From Eledone cirrhosa (lineage: Eukaryota), in NCBI GenBank assembly GCA_964016885.1, contig OZ024740.1:140616001-140680000 (forward strand): a DNA stretch of 64,000 bases. Reading direction: 5' to 3'. A model generated the notes under the pieces. That model did not search any database. It saw nothing but the letters and a program-made list of their open reading frames with translations, and was not told the DNA's origin. A program made the position numbers and the translations under genes. The stretch's first letter is position 1; the number at the start of each line of letters is the position of its first letter. Below are positions 1-12,875 of this stretch, one piece after another.

Positions 1-1060
1 GCAGTTGTGATTGACTTCACAACGGCCACCCCGAAGTCTTCATGATCAATCCCTGAGTCTCTAGATATGCTGTAAGGATAAGTAAATTTATAGGATTTGT
101 AATCTACCAGCTCCAGTTTCCAGGGGTTAAAGAGTGACATTACATCATTGGCTGCTCTATGGCAGTGACCAGCAAATTGCACTGCTTTAACAATCTATGA
201 AACTCTTGGAAGTTCACCATAGATTTGCTGGAACATTGGGTGTCCCCTCTAGGATAGATTTTTAACACAAATTAATAGTTGTGTGTATGTCCAGTCAAGA
301 TGCTTTTGTTACCTTGATGTCAAGGTCCAGGTTTCAAAATTATAAAATAAAATTGGTTCACTCATTGTTTTGAAGATTTGATGATTTTATCATCAAGGTT
401 TGATGTCCAGATTCTATTTAAGTCATTACAAGCCACCCAGGCCATACCTTATCTTGTTTTAAAGTCTTTCTCCAAGTTAAAGGGGAAAGAACGAAGATAC
501 CTATAGACAATTTTATATTCTTTATTATTTCATGTCTTAATTGTGGAAGATGGATCAATAGTTTGGCAACAACTCATGTATTCAGTTTTTGTCTTGTTCA
601 GCATTTCAGATGTTAGTCCTTCATCAAAAGATAGAATGAGAAATAAAATAGACAGACAGAGGCAATCAATAACAGCTAAATATCTTTTGGAAATATTCAA
701 AATGGTGGAGAGGATTGTATGGTGTTATGACCTGTCACATAATTTGGTGTGGATGAATGTAGACTGTGTAGAAGAAAATGGTAGTTTAATAATTTTCTTA
801 GTGTGGTGAGAGTAAGAAGTGTCAAAACTAGATAGGTCAGCTTATCAAATTGTGAGTTGAAATTATTTTATTGGGGAGAATGGGTTGCCAAATACCAGGT
901 ACCAGCTCTGGCTTGAATGTGTGTGTGTATACAACAGCCACTCTTTCTAGGATAGGGATTTGTACTCCTGTGTTGGTGCACCTATACTTTGTACAGATCT
1001 GACAAGAAGGCCTCAAAAACAAGAATCCTACTAAAATTCTATGATGATCACACAAAGATT
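1..1060 (-). mobile_element. Decayed RTE-X-like LINE fragment (CCZ1 intron 3)
   Basis: The minus strand shows degenerate IFKT..EPIL.YNFETWTLTS and IYGELPRVS...VQFAGHC motifs typical of the RTE-X RT C-terminus; many stops. Confidence 0.55.
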
Positions 1061-1435
1061 ACAAAAAAAAAAAAATCATCATAGTCAGAGGTGTGAATTT
1101 GTTTAGGGAGTTCACTTTGCAACCATATCCATTCTACTATAGTCTTGGGTTAACCAATGCCTTGTGAATGGAATTTGGTAGACAGAAACTACAGAAGCCT
1201 GCCATATGTGTGTGTCCATGTCTATGTTTACATCTGTGTCTGTATTTATGATCCATAACTTAGAAGTTAAACAAAAAAGAAATCAATAAAATAAGTAAGT
1301 ACTAGACTTTGAAAAAATATACTGTGGTCAATATTTTTGAATAAATGAACACAGTTTAATGACTGAAACTAGTAAGACAAGGAATATAAAAATAATTAAC
1401 AAAAATGGAAAAAAAACATAAATTGTTAACATTAC

Positions 1436-1526
1436 CACAACCATCCAGAAATTTTCTTCAGGTTCATGAAATATTTGCCGATGTTTTTGAGTATGTAAAC
1501 TTTTACAGGGTTTGTCTGTAAATGTT
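1436..1526 (-). CDS. CCZ1: CCZ1 coding exon 3 (91 nt); gene continues beyond window start
   Basis: TTTCAG acceptor, then TFTDKPCKSLHTQKHRQIFHEPEENFWMVV, then GTG|GTAATG donor. Matches the CCZ1 KSLHTQKNRQFFNEPEENFWMVM motif; lies inside ORF 1328..1564. Confidence 0.95.
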
Positions 1527-3078
1527 CTGAAAGGATTAAGAAAGTAAATCTGAATTAAAAACAAAAATAGGTTATAAAATTTTAGATGAATATTGGTTGG
1601 AATGTCTTAACCTTTTTATGATCATATTTCTAATGAAAGACACTGCATAGGATTTTCAAGTAATTTGGAAAATAATCAAGTATTTAGAAGGATTTAGTAA
1701 TATAACTGTTTTATTAAGCTGGTGTTTGGAACATAATTTAACAAAGTTTCTTACATAGAATTATCATGGAAGGTTTTTAGATAAAAATAAACACTTGTAT
1801 CGTAGAACCAAGGTCAGTTTTAGATGGTTTGATATCAAAGGTTTAAAGTATTGAGTTCTATGTTTTGAGTTCAAATCTAGATGAAGTTAACTTTACTTTT
1901 GCAACCCTATGATAAAACTTACATACACTGAAAAGTGTTGTAGTTTGTAGAAGTAATGCAGGATATATAAAAACAAAACAAAGTGATGTAGAAAGTCAAA
2001 GTAAAGCAGTTGGGAATAGATTAAATATAAATGGTTCTTTGATAGAAAACTAGTTTTAAAGTATTGTTTTACTTTGGGAGGGTCATGTTGCCAATAAAAA
2101 CACATGCACCTGTTGGTTTTCACTTCAATTTATTATAAATTTCCGGTTGGTTCGATAACCGGATGGTTGTTTATATATTATCAAAGCTCTTTTGTCACAC
2201 ATTCTGTGACTTCCTCAGTGACAGGGTTTTTATTTTGTGTCTCTCCTTTGTTCTGTCCTACACCATCTTGTTTTAAAGTGTTTATATTTATCTAAAGACT
2301 CCCCTCATAATTTTATATAAAATCCTTCGTTAAGTTATGTTCCAAACACCAGCTTAATAATGTTTCCCTCTACTAAAGTTTACTCACACAAGGCTTTAGT
2401 TAGCCAAAAGCTATGCTTAGAAAACAGAAGCCCCAGGTGCCATTCAGTAAGATCAAACCAGGAATCCACATGATTAAAAGATGAACAGCTATGCCAACAC
2501 AGAATGCAACAAGACATTTCTTTGAATTGAAGGTTAAACAAACAAAGAAGATAAACAGAAACAAGGTACAACAAAAACAAGCATTTTAAGGCCAATTTTC
2601 CTGCTAAAGCAGAGGCTAGCTTTGCAGGGCTCACAACAAACTTCTCTATTTTGCCGTCATTTGCATCTTACCTCACATTTGATTTCTCCCTCCATCATCT
2701 TTAGCTATGTCTTTCTTGATGTTCCTCTTCCTTTACTTTCTTTCATCTACTTATTTCCATTACTCATCTAACAGTCACTTTCATCCTTTCCCAATACTTC
2801 ACAGCATTCATCACTGATTCTCTTCTCACCCCTCCTCTCACCAAATCACTTCCTTCCTCAACACATGTGCCAGCCATCTCATCCATTTCTCTTAATATCG
2901 TTAATTACTGGCTTTAATCCCATCACTTCTCACACCCAATTACTTTCATTCCTCTTCAACACATGATCTACTCATTTCATTCCATTTCTCTTCACTAACA
3001 TTATGATGAAACACAAAATACAATGATAATGTAAAAAGTAAACAGTGAAAGAAGAAATAATATTCCAAACAAACTTAC

Positions 3079-3176
3079 TTAGTAAACTGGACAATTGCTT
3101 CACTGAGACCTATCTGTTTCATTTTGGTGTCTATGTCTACTTTCTTGGGGAAGTAAAACATAATCTTTTTATGTTC
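3079..3176 (-). CDS. CCZ1: CCZ1 coding exon 2 (98 nt)
   Basis: Polypyrimidine + TTCAG acceptor, then EHKKIMFYFPKKVDIDTKMKQIGLSEAIVQFT(K), then AA|GTAAGT donor. Matches CCZ1 EENKILFYHP...VGLCEAIVQFT, and phases are consistent with exons 1 and 3. Confidence 0.94.
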
Positions 3177-3329
3177 CTGAAGAAAAAAAAAATACTGCTT
3201 TCTAATTTAGACACAAGGAAGAGGGGGAATCGATTAAATCAACCTATTTGACTGGTGTTATATTTTATCAACTCCCAGAAGGATGAAAGGCAAAGTTGAC
3301 CTTGGCAAAATTGTAGCATAGAATCATCA

Positions 3330-3900
3330 TCATCACTGCTCAATGCCTTGCAGGTAGATTCCTGCATAAAAGGCATGTGTAGGGAAAGAATTCCAGAAGT
3401 ATGATGTAGTGGTTTGTGCAGGGCCTGAGAGTTTGGATATAACAAAGGAAATGAGAGCAGATGAGTGAGGCAGGAATTTCTGAGTGAAGGTTACAGAAAA
3501 TCAGCCAGACCGAGAAGCAGAGGCCATTGTAGTAGTGGTAGAAAAGGCAAAAAGAGGAGATAGAACATGTGGGCCAGAGGCTGGAGTGTGTCAGTGACTA
3601 TGCCAATCAAACAAGTGACCTTTTTCTGCATGTGGATGTTTGTGTGTGTGTGACAGCAGCACTAACCCAGATGTGGGAGCAGTACTCCAGTGTGGGTCTT
3701 ACCTGAGCTTTGTAAAAGATCAGAAATTGTTAAGGATTCTGAAGAGAAGAGTCAGTGTTTTAGATACAGTTCTAGTTTTATTTAAGAAGTGTGCTCACCA
3801 TGAAAGATCCTTGGTGAGTGAGGTCGTAGCATTTGTAGTGAGGGTAAGGGTTCTTAATTGTTTGTTGTTCATGTTTAAGGGTAGTGAGGTATGGTGATGT
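3330..3900 (-). mobile_element. Decayed L2/CR1-group LINE 3' fragment
   Basis: The minus strand encodes YKAQVRPTLEYCSHIW around 3670-3715, a motif of the post-RT region of L2/CR1-group LINEs. Confidence 0.6.
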
Positions 3901-4063
3901 TTTAGTTCTATATACTCATTCAAATGGACTGTAGTCATACTGGGGTTTCACCAATTATATCAATCCCAGTACCTATATAAATCGATTATTTTATTGATCT
4001 TGATATGCCAAACATTACAGACATGGAAAATTTATGAGTGAAAATGACATATATATATAATAT

Positions 4064-7000
4064 TATCATCATCATCATCGTTTAACGTCCATCTTCCACG
4101 CTAGCATGGGTTTGGACGGGAATTTTCCCACTTGAGGCAAGATTGGTTGTCTTGCTCGTATAGGACTGTCTGGCGGGTTTTCTACAGCTGGATGCCCTTC
4201 CTAACACCAATCACGTTTATAGTGTGGACTGGGAGGTTTTTACCGTGTTACCTACACGACCACATTACAGCGTGGACTGTGTTTTTTTTTGTCGTGACAC
4301 CTACACGACCTCATTTATTTAGAACTGGATGTTGTGGTACCAACATAACTTTACAGAGAAAGGGGTGGTGTGGATGGGGGTGGGGGTAATGGGACGGGGG
4401 GTGTATTTTAGTAAGAGGTGCCTACGGACTGTAGGTTTCGCTTTGCACTTAGGAAAAGGCGGGTCTTCTGTATTACTGCATAGCGCCAAAGATCTCGGTC
4501 CAGTGACATTGTCTTGGAGAGGTGTAAATGTGTGAGGTTGGAATTTATCAAGTCGTCCCAGGTTTTTCTGGGTCTGCCTACTCCGTGGCTACCGTCTATT
4601 TTGATCGCCCTGCACTTTTTTATACAGCTGTCATCTTTCATGCGCATCTTGTAACCATACCAACATAGTCTTCTCTCAAGTAAACAACATCTGATCCCTC
4701 TTATTCCTAATTTCTCAGTTCATTTATGCTTTACCGTTCACGTATATTACTATTACACATCCAACGGAGCATGCAAGCTTCTTTCCTCTCCAGTCTGCGT
4801 AGATCCTCTGCACACAATGCCCAAGTCTCACTGCCATGTAACATTGCTGTTCGTATGCAGGCATCATACAGCCTGCCTTTCATTTTTAGAGAGAAACCTT
4901 TAGCGGCAAATAGTGGTATAAGCTCTCTGAACTTTTTCCATCCCATTCTGACTCTAGCTACTGTACTTTCAGAGCACCCTCCACCACTGCTGATTTTGTC
5001 ACCCAGGTAACGGAAAGTGTCCACTATTTCTATAGAACCATCTGTGCAATGGAATGAGCTAGTATTCTGTGGGCACTTGCTGCTACTTATTGCACCTGAG
5101 CACCAGCCACATATAAAATCTATATTCTTAGTTAGCTTACCTGTGATCCCACTACATCTTTTATGCACCCATACTTTGCATTTGGGACATAAAATGGAGT
5201 TTCTGCCTACTCCTTTCCTACACACTGAGCATGGCCATTTCCCAGATGGGACCAGTGCCCTATTTTCCTTCCTACATACTAGAACTTTAGTCTTAGACAG
5301 GTTAATTTTAAGGCCTTTTGATTCTAGGCCATGCTTCAATGTTTGGAATTTCTTTTCAGCCATTGATTCAGCTATAAGCGTTAGATCATCAGCGTATAGA
5401 AGTTTCCATGGGCAGCCGGTCTTGAACTCCTCTGTTATAGCCTGAAGGGCAATAATAAATAGGAGGGGGCTAAGGACGGAGCCCTGATGAACACCAACTT
5501 TTACGCTAAACTCTTCACTATATCCGTTGTTAATTCTAACCTTGCTGACTGTTTCTTTATACATGGCTTGTATAGCTCTCACAAGCCATTCATCAACACC
5601 TAGTTTTTTGAGAGCCCACCAGATAATGGGGCGTGGGACTCTGCCAAAGGCTTTCTCCAAGTCAACAAAAGCTAAGAATAGGGGTTTACTTTTAGCTAGG
5701 TACTTCTCCTGTAGATGTCGTACAATGAAAAGAGCGTCTGTGGTACTTTTACTTGACACAAACCCGAACTGCATTTCATCCAGATCAATTCGCTCTCTGA
5801 TTAGTTGCTTTTTCTATGACCTTCATGACCTGGTCAATTAATTTAATGACTCTATAGTTTCCCCTATCTAGGGCATCTCCTTTACCCTTGTAGCAGTTAA
5901 TGATGATACTGCTACGCCAGTCCTTCGGAACGGCCCCATTCTGTAGGACTTGGTTTACTATCCGGGTGACCATTGTGTGTTCCACCGTTCCAGATGCTTT
6001 CAGCATTTTAGCAACTATTTCCGAAGGCCCAGCCGCCTTGCCCGTCTTCATATCTTTGATTGCCTTACTTATTTTACTACCTTCAACTTGCACTGCTGGT
6101 CCCTCTATTGGGTCGATGTGGGCGAGGCTGTCTTTCTCCCAATTATTCTCCTCATTTAGTAGCCTTTCGTAGTGACACTTCCAAACTACCTTCTTATCAG
6201 TGTCAGTGATGGCAAGTACACCATCATCATTAAGGACACACTTCTCCCCGACAATATCACGGTTTTCCTTGACACATTGCCTAGCAATCCTGAACACCTC
6301 ACGTTGTAGAACATGCTTGAACTTTCTTTCCTCTGTTTCCCTTCTTGCGAAGTACACTTGTCTCCTAGCTTCCCTCCTGGCCACTTGATAGTCTTCTCTA
6401 CTTCCCCCAGCCCGCCATACTTTCCAAGCCTGCTTTTTGGCCTTGATTGACTCCTTCACCTTACTGTTCCACCACCACGTTACTCTCCTCCTGCCTATAG
6501 GTCTGCTCCAGCCACAGATTTCATCTGTCGCCTTCAGGAATTCCCACTGTTCCTCTATATTGTACGACTCTAATTGCTCTTTCTTACTGTCAAAAGCATC
6601 AAGTAATATGCTTTTAAATTTATTACTGACTGTGGGGTCCTTTAGCTTCCATATTTTTCTCCTGAGGATAGTCCTCCTCTGTTGTCGAGTACGTCTTGTC
6701 ATGACTATGAGGTCGCTAACTATGAGTCTATGTTGGGAGGTGCATTCTTCATGGGGGAGGGATTTAGTGTTTACAACAGACACTCTATCACGTCTTCTGG
6801 TAAGGATATAATCTATCTGACTGGCGTGTTCCCCTGATCTATAGGTGATCAAGTGATTGTCTCGTTTTTAGAAGTTAGTGTTACAGATAGTTAGGTTATT
6901 TGCGTCACAGAATTCCAGGATTCTGGAGCCTTCCTCATTTCTAGTACCAAACCCATAGCCTCCATGGATTCCGTCATAGCCGTAACAATGTTGTCCAACG

Positions 7001-7510
7001 TGACCATTTAGGTCGCCAGCGATAAATATGTAGTCACTGTCAGTTATTTGGGAGGTAGTGAGCATTAATGTCTCATAGAATCTGTCTTTTATAACATCCG
7101 GCAGTCCAGATTGGGGTGCGTACGCAGATTTAATTTTCACAGTAGTTCTATTTAGGACAAGTCTTATTTTAATTATTCTGTCATTCACTCTATTTACGTC
7201 TATTATCTTATCTGCCCATTTTTCTGCTAGCATGATTCCTACTCCACCCAGCCCATTGTTATTTCCCACCCAGAAAAGCTTAAAGCCTCGTTTAACCACA
7301 ATGAATCTAGCAGACCCCCCATACCTGGGATCTTGGATACAGCAAACATCAACCTCCTTACATACAAGCATTTCTACAACCTCGTTAGAGCAACTTTTTA
7401 AGGTACCTACATTCATGGCACCAACTCTGAAGTTTTGTATTGCGTTTGGTGGGTGGGAACGGTGGGGCGCAGGGAAGGGTGAGGGAGATGGGGTTATGTT
7501 GGCCATAATA
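4064..7510 (-). mobile_element. Near full-length RTE/BovB-like LINE, frameshifted
   Basis: APE (NVGTL, SAYAPQ, GDLNGHVG; ORF 6868..7551), linker (5785..6852) and RT (HQGSVLSP, YADD; 4731..5774), with a Cys-rich insert, a 3' UTR and a (GAT)n tail at ~4064-4080. Flanked by (TA)n. Confidence 0.93.
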
Positions 7511-7520
7511 CATATATATA

Positions 7521-9306
7521 TAGTCGTGGCCAAAAATTTAAGACCACTCAAAATTTTTTAACAAAAATAAAGGTAACATTATAAAATCAAAACAAAATTT
7601 AATACTCATTTGAAAACATTAATTGTATTGAAGACATGTTTTTAGACATCAAATTCCCTATAAACTAGTATTTTCCCTCAATGACCACTAGAATACAATG
7701 AGGTATGCTGGGTATAAGAGCCTGGCAATATTTCTGTGAAAATCTCTAATTTATATGTCCACTAAGGCATTAGATGGTACCTTGTTTTTCATGTATTGTC
7801 ACAAATTTCTAACGAGGTTGAGGTCTGGGATATTTCCAGGCCATTCTACTGTTGTGACCTTAACCTTTGAAGGGTATTCTTGCACAATCTTTGCTCTGTA
7901 GTATGGAGCAGCCTGGTACATGAATATGTTGCACTGATCAGATTAGCATGGGAGGAGGGGTGGGTGGGTTCCGAGGCCATAGTATCTAGAATAAGGACGG
8001 GTTGGAAGAAGTTTAGGGAGCTGCACCCTCCGTTGACAAAGAAGGGTGTCTCCCTGTGTACGAAAGGACGGTTATATGATGCCTGTGTGAGATGCGCAAT
8101 GCTGCATGGTAGTGAGACATGGGCAGCAACTGCACAAGATATGCGACGGCTGGAGAGAAATGAAGCAAGTATGCTCCGTTGGATGTGCAATGTCAATGTA
8201 CGTGAACGACCAAGCATAGACGAGTTGAGAAAGAAACTGGGTATAAGAGGGATAAGTTGTGGTGTGCAGGAGAGAAGGATGAGATGGTATGGACATGTGA
8301 TGCGCATGGAGGATGACCGATGGGTGAAGAAGTGCCAGGAAGTCCCAGAGGAGGGAAGATTCAGTAGAGGTAGACCACGTAAAACAAGGGCGGAGGTGGT
8401 GAGAGCAGACCTCAGATCGCTGAAACTCACGGAGGGGATGACGAAGGACCGTGATGGGTGGAGAGATGCTGTGCTGAATAGGACCCGTCCAATCCTTGCA
8501 AGCAGGGAAAAGTGGACATAAAATGATGATGATGATGTATGTGCATGTGTATTTCTAGTTTGTCCTTTGACAGTTCCAGATACTTTTGGCCACTCATAAT
8601 TGTCCCAGCATCAAAGAAATATAAACCAGTGATTTAAGTCTTTGAAATGCCACTCCTGATATCCTGGTATACTACAAACTGCTGCAACATTGATTCATCA
8701 GAAAACATAACTTGGTCCTAGTCATGTTTTCATTTTTCTTGTTGCAAATGTCAGATGCTTCTTTTTCATATCCAGTGTCAATCTTGGCTTTTGGGCAGTT
8801 TTGTAAGATTTTAGCCCAAATTTATAAACCAGCTGATGTGGTACAAACCTACGATTCACCTCTGTATTTCTTAGAAGCAGTGCAATTCTAGCTGTTTTTT
8901 TTTTGCATGAACTTGTAGGAGAATGCGAGGCAATGTTTTTGATGCTATGATCAACTCTAGAGATAGTTTTTTTAGGGCGAACATTTCTCTTCTTGTTAGA
9001 ATATGAACCACAAATTTAATTTTTGTTAAGAACATTATGAACTGTTGTCTTTGACAGAAATTTCATACTCTGAGTAACTTCTGTCATGAACGTTAGAACG
9101 AGTTTTGGACCATTTTTAAACAAGACACACCTAACAAAATTAATGCTTTTAAACAAATATACAGCCTATAAACTATAAAAAAAAAAAAAAATTGCTACAA
9201 ATATTTAAATAATGATGATGGTACAATAGATTGAAACTATTGCAAGTATTTTGCAAAAAAACTTATACATTTTTACCAGGTGGTCTTAGACTCTTGTCCA
9301 TGACTA
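7521..9306 (-). mobile_element. Tc1-like DNA transposon, decayed, with nested RTE
   Basis: Imperfect TIRs TAGTCGTGGCCAAAAATTTAAGACCAC / GTGGTCTTAGACTCTTGTCCATGACTA with TA flanks. The minus-strand EWPGNIPDLN at ~7815-7846 corresponds to the Tc1 WPxxSPDLN motif. Confidence 0.8.
7935..8537 (+). mobile_element. 5'-truncated RTE LINE nested in the Tc1 element
   Basis: ORF 7880..8521 contains GWKKFREL, LYDACVRCAMLHGSETW and RGRPRKT; ends in (GAT)n. Confidence 0.9.
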
Positions 9307-9542
9307 TATAAACAGAAGACGACATAACTCCAGAATAGGGCCCCCATCTGACTTTCTTAATAAAGCATATTCTGCAGAGATACATTTTCGAAGATTATGA
9401 TTATGTTTATAAAATTTAAAACCAAATTGATTTTTTCACTCACGGAAATTACCGGAATATATTTGTAATCTTAAAACGAAGGATTATCAAAAATAAACGA
9501 CAAAATAAAAATAGCAAATAAAAACAAAACGGTTGTTATTAC

Positions 9543-9611
9543 CTCTCCTTCTCGGGATCCATAACTTGAGTTGAAAATGTAGAAATTTTCTAAAGCAATA
9601 CGTCCAGCCAT
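9543..9611 (-). CDS. CCZ1: CCZ1 vacuolar fusion protein (Mon1-Ccz1 Rab7 GEF subunit), coding exon 1
   Basis: The reverse complement reads MAGRIALENFYIFNSSYGSREGE, then GAG|GTAATA donor (phase 0). This matches the CCZ1 N-terminal FFIYNPxFGPREG motif. Confidence 0.93.
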
Positions 9612-10467
9612 TTTCAATAGTTTCTATCTATTCTCAGTCAATTTGCTTTTCTTTTTTTGGGGTTGGTTAGTAATTTAAAACATTGCCCTTATTATAATAA
9701 TATACAATGACCACACAGTAGTAGTGAGTGGTATATGAACATAGTTTGTGTATACATAATAACAAAACAAATAGAAAAGAGGCGTGAGGAACAGTAATTA
9801 ATAATAATAATTATAATAATAGCAATAATAATAACGATCAGCTGACGACAGAAATTCACTCGAATAGCATGGGTGACAACTAGAGTCACCTAGCGGAAGA
9901 CGGGAAGAACTAACAGCCAATTGGAGAGTGCAGAGTTACCTACCTTTGTTTCTATGGTAACGCATTGTGATTGGGGAAAGTTTATTTGAGAATAAAATCT
10001 TAATTTTGCTGCGTTGAAGAATAAATAAAAAAAAAAGACTAGGGGAACCTAGATCCCAAGATATAACAACATCGTTTAAATCAATAACAACAAAAATAAC
10101 AAGTGTTGTTTAAATGACACGAACAATCTGTTTATGATACGTTATAGTAACGAGTAATAATATAATACACGTACAAACACAAAAAAAGAAACGGAGAAAA
10201 GATTTACTTTTCTTTAACAATCCATTTTAAAACGCTGCTAACTAAAAAAATTGGAAATGAGAAATGTTAATTATTTCACTAAAAATGTATTCTAGAACGA
10301 TCTTACATTCACAGAAAACTGTTACATGCATAATAATATAAACAAACGCAGATTATAACATATACACTCTGCTTACTTTACGTATACATTATAATATAAA
10401 CAAACATAGAATACAACGTTTATATACAAGGTTTGCCTCTAATTGAGCGTTCGATGTAGACAAAACA
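9612..10467. promoter_or_regulatory. Bidirectional promoter/5' UTR region between CCZ1 and IQCK
   Basis: Divergent ATGs 856 bp apart. A locally GC/CpG-richer core at ~9840-9975 contains GCGGAAG (ETS-like), CCAATTGG (9917-9924) and GATTGG. Confidence 0.75.
9948..9961. promoter_or_regulatory. RFX X-box motif
   Basis: GTTTCTATGGTAAC fits the X-box consensus GTYNCY-AT-RGNAAC and is flanked by CCAAT boxes, in the promoter core. Confidence 0.7.
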
Positions 10468-10522
10468 ATGACAAAGATAATCAAAGTTTTGGAAAAACGT
10501 CTGTGGGAGTCCACATGTAGAG
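10468..10522 (+). CDS. IQCK: IQCK (IQ motif-containing protein K), probable first coding exon
   Basis: MTKIIKVLEKRLWESTCR(E) followed by AG|GTAAGG donor (phase 1). Resembles IQCK KNLWEQICKEY and joins in frame to exon 15871. Confidence 0.8.
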
Positions 10523-10654
10523 GTAAGGAACATGGAATTTAGTCCTCATCTCTGTCTTTGTTTCCTAATAACTTTCTTAATAATTTCGGAGTTTTACTTG
10601 CCTGGCAAGTGCCTTAACCTGAGACTGTGTGTTGAAACTAAATCAATTACATTT

Positions 10655-10910
10655 TGGAAGAGTCATTTTAGCTATTCAAAAGCACACACAAAACTGTTAA
10701 ATTCACTATATATTTGTCATTTATTTCTTGTCAAATTTCTCGTTGCTCTCTTTGTGACCTGGCCACCGACACAATTCCACAATTTCAGTGGAACTCTGTG
10801 AATAACCAGGTCGCAAATAGTGCAAAGAAATTGTCGACACAGAAATAAATGATAAATGTAAAGTGAATTTAAGTCTCTGTGTGTATTGAGCGCTTAAAAT
10901 GGCCTTTCTA
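10655..10910. repeat. Imperfect palindrome / foldback MITE-like element in IQCK intron 1
   Basis: The left arm TTAAATTCACTATATATTTGTCATTTATTTCT...TTTGTGACCTGG is the approximate reverse complement of the right arm CCAGGTCGCAAA...AGAAATAAATGATAAATGTAAAGTGAATTTAA. Confidence 0.8.
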
Positions 10911-11169
10911 TGATGTAAAGGTTCTTAATACTTTAAAATGAAATTATGCAGACACGATTTCAAAGGTGTAGATTACGACAATGTTGATAAAATAATTGAT
11001 CTTGTTTTGTTTTGCAATTCCTAATTATGAAAGTGACATTACGTTCCTGTAATGGACATTATCCTACTCACGGGTCCAAAATAATACTGTGGGATGGGTG
11101 GAATTAGCTGGAAGGGGGTTTGGAATAAGCGAGGATGGGGGTGGAAAATCGGTAATTTTTCTAGGTTGT

Positions 11170-11445
11170 TACGCAAAGGGCCGTAACACTATGTCGCGAA
11201 GCATGGTGTCCGACGCTTTACTAATTCTACCAACCCACCGCTCTAATAATAATAATAGTTTTTGATTTAGGCACAAGGCCAACCATTTTGGGGGAGGGGG
11301 AAGTCGTTACTGGTATGTTATTTCATCGACCCTGTAAAGATGAAAGGCAAAGCTAACCTCGGCGGGGTTTGAAATAAGTACGTAAAGGGCCGTAACTCTA
11401 TGTCGCGAAGTATGGTTTCCGACGCTTTACTGATATTGCCAAATA
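11170..11445 (-). mobile_element. tRNA-derived SINE fragments (second SINE family), tandem
   Basis: Shares the GATGAAAGGCAAAG...CCTCGGCGG..TTTGAA core and GGCACAAGGCC tail with copies at ~3200-3320, 32915-33100, 54860-55000 and 58440-58560. Confidence 0.65.
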
Positions 11446-12875
11446 ATAAAAATAATTAAAATAAAAAATATAATATACCAACACACATAACGAACAACAT
11501 ACCCTCACCATAATACCACCTATCACTACAAACATAACACACTGCAGGCACCACTAACACCAAAACAACGACATCGACAGAATCAATTTCATCGGTCATA
11601 CATATCGTCTTTTTTCTTTTTAATGAAATAACTGATGTATTAAACTTTATACAGTATTGTAAACACACATTAACACACACGTCTGCGTGTGTATGTAAAT
11701 ACAAACACAGCTATGCATATGTAGTGTTGTGATCAAAGAACGCTGTCTCCCCTCATATCGCTCCTATCCTTTCTCTCTTCTTTTATACTCTCTTGCCCCC
11801 CCCCCCCCCCCCCCTCTATCTTTCACTCCCTTCCCATACCTACCTACATGTATATGTGTGCGTGCGTGTATATATATATATATGTATATATATGTGTGTA
11901 TACACTCTCGGGTCCAAAATGATTGAGGTGTGTGTGGAAAATCGGTAATTTTTCTAGGTTGTCTCCGTTGATTTTTTTACAAACCTGAATTAATCGTTTA
12001 GTTTACATATTGAGACCCCCAACCCATCCTATTTATTTTATAACGTATGGGATTTCTAGTAATGTACTTTTTTGTCATGTATAATGTTTTTAATGTATAA
12101 CAAAAATGAAAATAAAATTTCGCCGGAGATAGATTTGCAAAATTTAATAAGCCGTGTGTGGGTGGAATAACAGCAGGGGTGGGGACGAATATTCGAGACT
12201 CGTATGTGTGTGTGTATATATATATATAGTTGTTGTAGGGTTGCAGGTAAATGCGTCCGTAGGCGGTATGTCGATTGAGCACTCGATGCTCGCGCAGAGC
12301 AGAGTATACTATTATAAAGAACGAGGAACAGTAATGCATCAAACCACAATTTATTAACATATTACACATGTTTCTCCGTCGATCAGCTCGAGGCAGGATC
12401 TGTTACCACACCCCCATCCTCCCATACGTCTCTCATGAGGACAGACTGAAACACTGTAAAGTGGTTGTGATGGTGACACTGTAAAAAGTACCCAGCCCAC
12501 ACTGTAAAGTGTTTGTGTCGGTGTCACGACAAAAAGCACCCAGTCCACACTGTAAAGTGGTTGTGGAGGTATCATGACAAAAAGCACCCAGTACTCACTG
12601 TAAATCAGATTGGTGTTAGGAAGGGCATCCAGCTGTAGAAACCAAGCCCAAATCAGTTCTGTATGAGCAAGACATGGTCACCTGACCTAACATTGCCCAC
12701 AACAGAACAACTCGTCTAACCCATGCCAGTGTGGAAAAATGGACGTAAAAAGATGATGGTGTGTGTGTGTGTGTATGTGCGTGTGTATTAAACTTAAGCC
12801 AATATCTTGATTGGGGGTTATAAGTTAGACAAACTAAAATAAGCATTGGGAGGTCTGTATTAGAGCCAAATAACT

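Noticed and set aside
11903-12203. TA-flanked DNA transposon with a partial duplicate at ~11066-11170
   Set aside because: The shared left-end sequence is real, but I could not find a matching right TIR, so boundaries and class are unsupported.
12440-12620. CRISPR-like spaced repeats (ACACTGTAAAGTGG...)
   Set aside because: The context is eukaryotic, the intervening sequences resemble each other, and these are tandem subrepeats of the RTE 3' UTR.
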